Assembly (NCBI RefSeq): GCF_030684315.1
Contig: NC_081361.1
Coordinates: forward strand, 62,603,553 to 62,667,552
Direction of reading: 5' to 3'
Length of the DNA stretch: 64,000 nt
Origin: Stegostoma tigrinum
Lineage: Eukaryota
In this document: positions 28,801-39,256 of the stretch, one piece after another
Position numbering within the stretch: position 1 is the first letter of the stretch
Layout: every line of letters begins with the position of its first letter
Translations under genes and position numbers: made by a program
Notes under the pieces: generated by a model
Told to the model about the DNA's origin: nothing
Databases searched by the model: none
Seen by the model: only the letters and a program-made list of their open reading frames with translations

Positions 28801-29014
28801 CCCCATTGGTTTACCATAGCAATCTGCACAAAGGCGTCCCACCCTGTATCAATTATCTGGAATCATGAAATTTCCAAGAAAACCCTTGTTGAAAAAAAGT
28901 TCCTCCACTTTTTCATTGATGTCTTTAAAAATATCTTCCAATATCTCCCAATCTTTCAATCCCAAGAGCATAAAAATGATTAAATATTGAGCCATGATGA
29001 CAACATCTTTGAGG

Positions 29015-29206
29015 GGAGATAGTAGGAACTGCCGATGCTGGAGAATCTGAGATAAAAGTTGTAAAGTTGGATGAACACAGCAGGCCAAGCAGCATCAGGG
29101 AAGCAGGAAAGCTGATGTTTCAGGTCTGAACAGAAATGTCAGCTTTCCTGCTCCTCTGATACTGCTTGGCCTGCTATGCTCATCCAGCTCTGCACCTTGT
29201 TATCTT
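29015..29206. mobile_element. PLE-derived fold-back mini-element (family A variant, older)
   Basis: Tail (gagatagtaggaactgccgatgctggagaatc), arm and inverted arm; the turn falls inside the hammerhead motif. Confidence 0.8.
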
Positions 29207-29343
29207 TAGGAGGGAGGTTGAAAAGCCAGAGATCGTTAATCATATATATACCAAGCACATTGACAGAACAAGAATGAGATTCTGAAAGCAGGTTTTGGGG
29301 ATTTAGGAAAGAACATTAAAAGCAGGAAAGCAGTAATACAGGA

Positions 29344-29546
29344 CAACAAAGTGTGGAGCTGGATGAACACAGCAGGCCAAGCAGCATCTTAGGAGCACAA
29401 AAGTTGACGTTTTGGGCCTGATGAAGGGTCTAGGCCCGAAACGTCAACTTTTGTGCTCCTAAGATGCTGCTTAGCCTGCTGTGTTCATCCAGCTCCACAC
29501 TTTGTTGTCTCAGATTCTCCAGCATCTGCAGTTCCCATTATCTCTG
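29344..29546. mobile_element. PLE-derived fold-back mini-element (family A) with intact hammerhead core
   Basis: Inverted arms. TSD AAGCAGTAATACAGGA at 29328-29343 and 29547-29562. Confidence 0.9.
29418..29445 (+). ncRNA. Minimal type-I hammerhead ribozyme motif (PLE-type)
   Basis: CTGATGA-A-GGG(TCTAGG)CCC-GAAA-CG-TC: both catalytic-core boxes, a short stem II and a palindromic ACGT stem III. Stem I is weak. Activity untested. Confidence 0.7.
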
Positions 29547-29914
29547 AAGCAGTAATACAGGATTACACCCAGCATCATGTGCTGGTGAGGATGCGAATGG
29601 GAGGATGGAGCAATTGAACACATTGGTGTAGGAGGGAGGGTATCAGATTTCTAAGGTATTATTACTAGTCCTGGAGCAAGCGGGGCCTCAATGAGAGTAG
29701 CAATGCCAGGATTAACATGCTTTTAGGGAGATTTGCTGGTGTTGTTGCGGAGATGATTGGCAAGAGGATGCAAATCTGAGAGGAAGCTCAGACTGGAGGG
29801 AAGCAAAAGTGATTATAGTAAGCGGAAAAGTGGTATGTAGAATTAGCTGACCTAACATAAAGGGACACACTAAATAGGATCAACGTGCAGACATGCAGAA
29901 TAATATAAAATTAG

Positions 29915-30400
29915 TGTACTGTACTCAGGAAAGACTTCCCCGGATGTTGTCAGGGTCGGGGGCTTTGAACTATGGGGAGAGGCTGAATAGGCTGGCTCTA
30001 TTTTTGCTGGCGCATCAGAGGTTGAGACATGGCCTTACAGAGATTTATAAAATCATGAGGAGCATGGATATGGTGTATGGCCAAGGCCTTTTCCTCAGGG
30101 TTGAGAAGTCCAAAACTAAAGGGCACAGGTTTAAGATGAAAGGAGAAAGATTTAAAAGGGACCTAAGAGTCAATTTTTTCACACAGAGTGTGGTGCGTGT
30201 TTGGAAAAAGTTGCCAGAGGAAATGGTAGAGGCTATATGATTACAACATTTAAAAGGCATCTGGATAGGTATACGAATAGGAAGGTTTTAGAGGGACATG
30301 GGCCAAATACTGGCAAACGGGACTAGATATATTTCGGATATCTGGCCGGCATGGACGAGTTAGACAGAAGGGTCTACTTCCATGCTGTATATCTCCATTA
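29915..30400 (+). mobile_element. CR1 3' end nested in an older plus-strand CR1
   Basis: ERLNRLALF...FFTQSVVRVWKKLP, then a CR1 3' UTR. Confidence 0.88.
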
Positions 30401-30755
30401 CTGTATCTAAATGCATGAAGGATTTGCAACACAATAGAGATTTGAACATATGAATAAAGGCAGATGGATATGAGTTAATTGCTAAGTTGGAGACAAGATG
30501 ACCAGGAGAGGGCACTGAACATACAGGTTGTAATCATCATTTAAGAAAGATGGGCAAAGGGAAAAAGAAGGCCATACAGTACAATAAGTAATAAAAACAA
30601 AATCAGAAATTGCTGGAAAAGCTCAGCAGGTCTGGCAGTGTGTGTGAAGAAAAAAATCAGTGCTAATGCTTTGGGTCTGGTGACCCTTTCTCAGAACACA
30701 AGAAACAAAAAGAGTACATTTGTGAGAGAGGACCTTGAATTGAATAGTCAAGTTA

Positions 30756-31345
30756 TAGAATCATAGAATAATTACAGAATTCCCTGCAGTGCATAAAGAG
30801 GCCATTTAGCCCATGAAGTCTGTACTGACCTTCCAAAGAGTGTACCACTCAGGCCTCAACTCCACCCCCAACTGTATCTTGGGATCCCCACATTTTACCA
30901 TGGCCAGTCTACTTATCCCACATTTCCCTGTAAACTGTGGAGCAAATTAGCATAGCCAATCAACCCAAAAAAAACAATGATCATTAATCATTTAAGAACC
31001 AAGCACATTGATAGAACAAGAATGAGATTCTGAAAGCAGGTTTTGGGGAATGAGGAAAGAACATTAAAAGCAGGAAAGCAGTAATACAGGACAAAAAAGT
31101 GTGGAGCTGGATGAACACAGCAGGCCAAGCAGCATCTTCGGAGCACAAAAGCTGATGTTTCAGGCCTAGACCCTTCATCCAAAAAAAACCCTGAAAATCT
31201 TCGGACTGTTGGAGGGAGCCAGAGCACCTGTCAGAAACCCACATGGACACAGGATGAACGTGCAAACTCCACATGGATGGTTGCCCAAGGCTAGAATCAA
31301 ACCTTGGTCCCTGGCACTGTGAGGCAGCAGCGCCAACCACTGCTA
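30756..31345 (-). mobile_element. HE1-like V-SINE interrupted by a ~200-bp insertion (30976-31178)
   Basis: SINE halves on both sides of the insert (ccaatcaacc ... atcttcggactg). Confidence 0.82.
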
Positions 31346-31555
31346 ATCAGTTTGCCTGGTGCAACAAGGGACATCAAATATTGGTGATACTGGTAATATT
31401 GGGCACAATTTGGAAATTAGAGCTGCATGTAAGATATGGATATCTTCAATTATATAGGGACTGTGTCAACCTAATTAGCACAAATATTATCAAAGTTAAT
31501 TTTTGAAATGGCCACAGAATTGGTTTTGAGATCAATTAAGAGTTGGACCATTTTA

Positions 31556-34500
31556 GATTCATAGAACATAGAACATAGAACATAGAACATTACAGCACAG
31601 TATAGGTTCTTCAGCCCTCGATGTTGTGCCGACCTGTCATACCAATCTGAAGCCCATCTAACCTACACTATTCCACGTACGTTCATATGCTTATCCAAAG
31701 ACGACTTAAATGTACTTAAAGTTGGCGAATCGACTACCGTTGCAGGCAAAGCATTCCATTCCCTTACTACTCTCTGAGTAAAGAAACTACCTCTGACATC
31801 TGTCCTATATCTTTCACCCCTCATGCTCGCTGTCACCATCCTCGGAAAAAGGCTCTCCCTATCCACCCTATCTAACCCTCTGATTATTTTATATGTCTCA
31901 GTTAAGTCACCTCTCAACCTTCTTCTCTCTAACGAAAACAGCCTCAAGTTCCTCAGCCTTTCCTCGTAAGACCTTCCCTCCATACCAGGCAACATCCTAG
32001 TAAATCTCCTCTGCACCCTTTCCAAAGCTTCCACATCCTTCTTATAATGCAGTGATCAGAACTATACGCAATACTCCAAGTGCGGCCGCACCAGAGTTTT
32101 GTACAGCTTCACCACAACCTCTTGGTTCCGGAACTCGATCCCTCTATTAATAAAAGCTAAAACACTATATGCCTTCTTAACAACCCTGTCAACCTGGTTG
32201 GCAACTTTCAAGGATCTGTGTACATGGTCACCGAGATCTCTCTGCTCATCTACACTACTAAGAATCTTACCATTAGCCCAGTACTTTACATTCCGGTTAC
32301 TCCTACCAAAGTGCATCACCTCACACTTGTCTGCATTAAACTCCATTTGCCACCTCTCAGCCCAGCTCTGCAGCTTATCTATGTCTCTGTAACCTGCAAC
32401 ATCCTTCCGCACTATCCACAACTCCACCGACCTTAGTGTCGTCTGCAAATTTACGAACCCATCCTTCTACGTCCTCATCCAGGTCGTTTATAAAAATGAC
32501 GAACAGCAGTGGACCCAATACCGACCCTTGCGGTACACCACTAGTAACTGGTCTCCAGGATGAACATTTCCCATCAACTACCACCTTCTGTCTTCTTTCT
32601 GCAAGCCAATTTCCAATCCAAACTGCTATATCTCCCACAATTCCATTCCTCTGCATTTTGTACAATAGCCTATTGTGGGGAACCTTATCGAATGCCTTGC
32701 TGAAATCCATGTACGCCACATCAACCGGTTTACTCTCATCTACCTGTTTGGTCACCTTCTCCAAGGACTCAATAAGGTTTGTGAGGCACGACCTTCCCTT
32801 CACAAAACTGTGCTGACTATCCCTAATCAAATTATTCTTTTCTAAAGGATTGTAAATCCTATCTCTCACAAACTTTTCCAAAACTTTACCAACAACTGAA
32901 GTAAGGCTCACTGATCCATAATTACCAGGGTTGTCTCTACTCCCCTTCTTGAACAGGGGAACCACATTTGCTATCCTCCAGTCTTCTGCCACTATTCCTG
33001 TAGACAATGATGATTTAAGCCAAAGGCTCAGCAATCTCCTCCCTGGCTTCCCAGAGGATCCGAGGATAAATCCCATCCGGCCCAGGGTACTTATCTATTT
33101 TCACACTCTGTAGGATTTCTAATACCTCTTCCTTGTGAACCTCAATCCCACCTTGTCTAGTAGCCTGTATCTCAGTATTCTCCTCGACAACATTGTCATT
33201 TTCTAGAGTGAATACTGTTGAAAAATATTCATTTAGTGCTTCCCCTGTCTCCTCTGACTCCACACACAACTTCCCACTACTATCCTTGATTGGCCCTAAT
33301 CTTACTTTTGTCATTCTTTTATTCCTTAAATACCTATAGAAAGCCTTAGGGTTTACCCTGATCCTATCTGCCAACAACTTCTCATGTCTCCTCCTGGCTC
33401 TTCTGAGCTCTCTCTTTAGGTCTTTCCTGGCTACCTTGTAACCCTCAAGCGCCCTAACTGAGCCTTCACATCTCATCCTAACATAAGCCTTCTTCTTCCT
33501 CTTGACCAGAGATTCCACTTCCTTCATAAACCACGGCTCCCGCGCTCTACAGCTTCCTCCCTGCCTGACAGGTACATACTTATCTCGGACACACAGGAGC
33601 TTTTCCTTGAATAAGCTTCACATTTCTAATGTGCCCATCCCCTGCAGTTTCCTTCCCCATCCTATGCTCCCTAAATCTTGCCTAATCTCATTGTAATTGC
33701 CTTTCCCCCAGCTATAACTCTTGCCCAGTGGTATACACCTATCCCTTTCCATCACTAAAGTAAACATAACAGAATTGTGATTGCTATCACCAAAGTGCTC
33801 ACCTACTTCCAAATCTAACCCCTGGCCGGGCTCATTACCCAGTACCAAATCTAATGTGGCTTCGCCCCTTGTTGGCCTGTCTACACACTGTGTCAGGAAG
33901 CCCTCCTGCACACACTGGACAAAAACTGACCCATCTATACTACTCGAACTATAGTGTTCCCAGTCAATATTTGGAAAGTTGAAGTCCCCCAATGGCAACT
34001 ACCCTGTCTTTCTCACTCCGATCGAGAATCATCTTTGCTATCCTTTCCTCTACATATCTGGAACTATTCGGAGGCCTATAGAAAACTCCCAACAGGGTGA
34101 CCTCTCCTTTCCTGTTCCTAACCTCAGCCCATACTACCTCAGTTGACGAGTCCCCAACCATCCTTTCTGCAACTGTAATACTGTCCTTGACCAACAATGC
34201 CACACCTCCCACTCTTTTACTATCTTCTCTGTTCTTACTGAAACATCTAAATCCCAGAAACTGCAACAACCATTCCTGTCCCTGCTCTATCCATGTCTCT
34301 GAAATGGCCACAACATCAAAGTCCCAGATACTAACCCATGCTGCAAGTTCACCCACCTTATTCCGGATGCCCCCTGCATTGAAGTAGACACACTTCAAAC
34401 CAACCTCTTGTTTACCGGTGCCATCTTGCATCCCTGAAACTTTATTTTGGACCTCCCTACTCTCAACCTTTTCTATACTCGAAGTACAATTTCGGTTCCC

Positions 34501-35052
34501 ATCCCCCTGCTGAATTAGTTTAAACCCACCCGAATAGCCTTAGTAAATTTCCCCCCAGGATATTGGTACCCCTCTGGTTAAGGTGAAGACCATCCTGCTT
34601 GTAGAAGTCCCACCTACCCCAGAAAGAGCCCCAATTATCAAAGAATCCAAAACTCTCCCTCCTGCACCATCCCTGTAGCCACGTGTTCAACTCCTCTCTC
34701 TCCCTATTCCTCGCCTCACTAGCAAGTGGCACGGGCAACAAACCAGAGACAACAACCCTGTTCGTCCTAGCACTAAGCTTCCATCCTAGCTCCCTGAATT
34801 TCTGCCTTAAATCCCCATCTCTCTTCCTATCTATGTCGGTGCCAATGTGGACCACGACTCAGGGCTGCTCCCCCTCCCCCTTAAGGAACCCAAAAATGCG
34901 ATTAGAGACATCACGAACCCTGGCACCTGGGAGGCAACACACCAACCGTGGGTCTCTCTCGTCCCCACAGAACCTCCTATCTGTCTCCCTAACTATGGAG
35001 TCCCCAATGACTACTGCTCGGCTCCTCTTTCCCCTTCCCTTCTGAGCAGCAG
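31556..35052 (-). mobile_element. CR1 LINE, relatively young: part of ORF1 (SGNH esterase), ORF2 (APE endonuclease + RT, frameshifted) and 3' (TTCTATG)n tail
   Basis: ORF track shows VHIGT-D and DGLHLN (esterase); VAISETW, GDFNFP and SNHN (APE); [19 protein letters not shown] and FADD (RT). CATAGAA repeats at 31560-31590. Confidence 0.95.
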
Positions 35053-35361
35053 GGAGTTTATGTAATGAGAGAATTGGGAACTTGCTGCAAAGAAACCATT
35101 AAGAAATAATGACCTGAGCATGATAGAGATTATGTCAAATTTGTCATTGATTTAATTCATTCTGAAACTGAAGTCTTAAATCTGAATAAAGAAAATTGTG
35201 AAGGTATGGCGGGGCTAAGTTTGCTATGATGGATTTGGAAGATACATGGTAGGATATGATGGCAGGTGGGCAATGGCTAGTATTAAAAGAAATATTATAT
35301 GGACTACAACAATATACAGCCCTCTAAGACACAAAAACCCAACATGAAGGATAAATCAACA

Positions 35362-35539
35362 AGAACCAAAAGAACTGCGGATGCTGTAAATCAGGAACAT
35401 AAACAATGTTGCTGGAAAAGCTCAGCTGGCATGGCAGCATCTGTGGAGGAGGAAAAACAGTTAACGTTTCGTGTCCAGTGACCCGTCCTCAGAACTGAGG
35501 AAGTTCTGAGGAAGGGCCACCGGACCCGAAACATTAACT
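35362..35539. mobile_element. PLE-derived fold-back mini-element (family B)
   Basis: Long minus arm and short plus arm, both with CTGAGGA-N-GGG...GAAAC. TSD AAGGATAAATCAACA at 35347-35361 and 35540-35554. Related arms near 2005-2090, 6090-6185, 17030-17200, 20110-20236, 30590-30697, 36400-36497 and 60930-61035. Confidence 0.85.
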
Positions 35540-37084
35540 AAGGATAAATCAACAGTGGGGTTAACAAACACAGTTAAAATATGGGCCTTTGTGGGTGGTG
35601 TAGGAACCTGATCCCACTCTTCCAGAGTTTTTATCCACCCCACACCCAGTCCTGTTATGATATGGGTTGCTTTTAGCATTGCCAACCCATTTTCACCCAC
35701 CCTCAGACCGATGATCACATTATATGGTATGCTTTCAGCACAGACTACCCATTTGTTGCTACCCTCAGCTCTCATCAGCAGTTACTCAGTTTCTCTTATG
35801 CCGTAGCCGGTCAGCCATAATCCCCTCATTTACCTCCCCCTTTCAATGAAAAGTAAAAATTAAGAGCGATGGATGTGAAAGATGTCATGTACTGTTTAAA
35901 AGAAGAGTAAGAAGTTCTGTCAGTATCTTGGACAAGATTCCACTTTACCAGCCCAACCGCAAACAGGTTAGCTGGTAAAGGGCAAATACTGTGGATGGTG
36001 GACGTGTGAAATTGAAACAGAAAATATTGGAAATATATAGCAGGTCAGCAGTATTTTTGAAATAAAGAAGCCGTTAGTGGGCTGAATTATAAGGTGTTGA
36101 GTAAACATTGTGCTTGCTGCCTTGTCCATTCGCATTTCAGCTGCAAAGTGGCAGAGGAAGCATTTGGTGGGCCATCTGTCAAAAGTCCAATTGAAGCCAT
36201 TAGTGAACAAATAGACAGTGAGGGTTCCCAGACCAAAAGTGATGGGGCGTATTAATGATGGTACAGCAAACATATTGATGAAGAATAAGTGTTAATGATA
36301 TATGCTAATAACTGAAAATAAGTTAGTGCTCACACTCTGTTCCATAAGCTCCTCCTACTTTGTCGAGAACATAAAAGCCACCGCTTTCCTACCCCCTTCA
36401 GTTTCAAAAAAGAGTCATATTCAACTCAAAATAATAGCTGTATTTCTCTTGCCACAGATACTGCTAGACCTGTTGAGTATCTCCAACACTTTTTGCAGTT
36501 GATTGAGCTTGATTTTTGATTGACAAGGGAAACAGGGGCCATGGGGAAAGACCAGAAAGTGGAGTTAAGGGCTCATGATCTTATTGAAGGGAGAAGCAAA
36601 CTCAATGGGCAAGATAGCCTGTTCGTCCTCAAATTTCTTGTGACCTTATAGACAACACCGGACTTAAACGCAAGTCTCATTTTCACAAAGATATCCGGCC
36701 ATGGATCAGTCCTGAAACTTTCTAGTTGCTTTGCATATCAGCCACATGTCTGAAGTCACAGCACCTTTTAACACTGAAGCAGACCATTAGGGCTGGCACC
36801 AGTGTTTGACTTTCCTCTCCCCCTTCAAGCTATTGGTTCCATGTTCTCCTGGAGGAGAATTTTGGTTACTTGAACTGAGAAATTGAAGCATTTCAGCATA
36901 CAATGGAAGAAATAGCTTTTGAGAGCACATCACCTGTCCAACTCTATACCTTGAGGAAAATCATCCCTTCACAATTGTTGGAAGACTGCTCAAATTATGA
37001 AGGAACAATGAGATAAAGAATATTGTAATTGAAATCTAAAGCATATTTTGAATTTTTTAAGTGTCCTCTCCCTAGTTAACCTCA

Positions 37085-37490
37085 AACATTCTGGTTTACC
37101 GGGCAATTACCATATGTTCCTATATGCTTTGGAGACTCAGAGTGCCTCAGATCACCAAATAAGTACCACCAGTATTGCTTGCTGAAGTCCTGTAAATTTG
37201 GTGCCACAGAAGGTGAATCCATAACAACATTGTCTCTTAAACCAACATGACCAGCATCAATGTGTCAATCATTCAAAACATGCATATTTGGATGAGAATG
37301 TTGTTTATATGCCTGACCCACCGGACTCGTAAATCACCTGTTATACTTAAAACTTAGTAGCAGCAGGAGGCTCCCAGGAAGACGGCGGAAACATTCTTCA
37401 TACGTTCTCAAAGCATCCCTGGAGACATCAAATGTCACTACAGACTCATGGGAATCTCTGTATAAGAAGGAGAAAATGGCTGCTACCACT
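37085..37490 (+). mobile_element. RTE-clade LINE 3' ORF remnant
   Basis: Degenerate VYRA..LYA.ET, YHQ.CL..IL, MPD..L...LLY and G.R..G..RK.F...LKASL motifs read across frameshifts. Confidence 0.6.
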
Positions 37491-39221
37491 TATATTTTTA
37501 ACTGCATACTATTGTTTCAGTGAATACATTTCAGCAGGTGTTCTTCCTGAGCATTTTGTCACCAAAGCTACATGTCACTGAGCAGTGCAGGATGAACTTC
37601 ATGTTTATGAACAATGCAAATGGTCAGCCACTGTTGTTGGTTGTACTGCAGTTTATAGGAAGGCACAGTACATGTCCTAACCACTAATATGAGACTTTAA
37701 CTGGCAGTGAAATTGCTAATGTTTAAATTAGATCTTTTTAAACATTCGAGAATCATTTAAACTCAAATTGCTTTCTTTTTTAAACTTTAACAGTAAGTTT
37801 AAACTGCATGTTAAACATCAATTGATTGCAACGCCAGAGCCAAAGTTGCAAACTCTAAAAATGTTGTTTTGCATTGCATCTTTAGCAGGTCTGATTTGAA
37901 AGATAATGAATAACTGCTGGAAGCCAGTGTTTGTAAGATTCAGCTCTTAGAAACTGTTAGAAGCATCATATGATTTTATGAATCTAGATAAGGCTAAAAA
38001 TGTTATTTCAGATTCAAGACCATGATGTGAATATGTTATTCATCTGAATTACAAGGTATTTTACTTCTGAGCTTAAGTAGATGATGCAAAAAGTGAGCAA
38101 ATGTTGAGCAGCAAAGCAGTCTCAGTTCCTTCACCTCAATAAAGTATGCAAATGAGAATGCAACAACACAAATTTATCTCACAGTCAACGTTACCAAACT
38201 TCTGGTATAAACTAGTCTGTTTTTGGTATATCGATGAATCAAGAAATATTCTATTTTGAATTCTGCTTATTTCGTTCAAAATTTAATCTCTACCCTTTTG
38301 ATTGAACAAGAAAGCATGCAATTGGCAAAACAAATGTGTTGATTGTAGACTTGTTACTCTTCCTGTTTCAACCACAAAGTCTATGTTACTTTATTTTTAA
38401 TGTATTTTTATTGACCTTTTACAAATTGTGCAAGATGAAACATATTGATGATCAACAATTATTACCTGAATACACAAAAGCTTTTCCACTGCTCTGGCAA
38501 GAAGTATTACGGTTAAATACAATTTCATTGGGAAAAAAACATTGGCTAAAAATTCTCATTTCTGTTCCTTTAAGATTAATTTGTCTCTTCCCCCAAGCCA
38601 AAGTAAATGTCAAATAAGAATCAGATTGTTACAAAAACTATATTTTTCACACTCGTTCTTTATTTGATTTCTCCCAGTTAACTTGGGTTTATGCAGAGAT
38701 TATAGGAACTGCAGACGGTGGAGAATCTGGACTTGTTATCTTGGATTTATGCAGACTGATTCCACGTTTACTGAAGCCATACAAAATGCACCACAGACAA
38801 GTATTCGGAAGTGTGAGACCAAGAAACTTTAATGCATAAAGGGTATGTATGTATAAAGTATTTGACTATATGTTAAATTTCTTTTTTCACAGTGGCACGT
38901 AAAACTAGCACCACTACAATATTTTGCTGATTCCATGCTGACATTCCAAATATCGACTCCTCCTTTCTTGTTATTTATGTTGTATGTCATCATATGACAG
39001 GACTCTGGGTAGATGTAGAATGGCTGTTTGAGTGGCAAAAGGACTGTATGTTTGACATGGAATGTTTGTCGTAAAACATAACTTGCAACTCTAAGTTTAG
39101 TGAGGCACAAGTACCAAATATGGTACTAAAATAACTGTACTCCATTGCAAGATGCCAAATTTGAATTGTTGTGTAATTGGCATTTATATTTTATGAATAC
39201 TGTATTTTTGGTCAAAAACAA

Positions 39222-39256
39222 ACAGCTTTTCAGCCTTTTGGCTAAGATCAAATGTA
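39222..39256 (+). pseudogene. U2 snRNA 5' fragment (about nt 1-35)
   Basis: GCTTTTCAGCCTTTTGGCTAAGATCAAATGTA vs U2 GCTTCTCGGCCTTTTGGCTAAGATCAAGTGTA: 29/32 identical by eye. No Sm site or 3' half follows. Confidence 0.85.

Noticed and set aside
31556-35052. Intact, active CR1
   Set aside because: ORF2 is split over several frames and ORF1 is 5'-truncated.
39222-39256. Functional U2 snRNA gene
   Set aside because: Only ~35 nt; no Sm site, 3' stem-loops or evident PSE.
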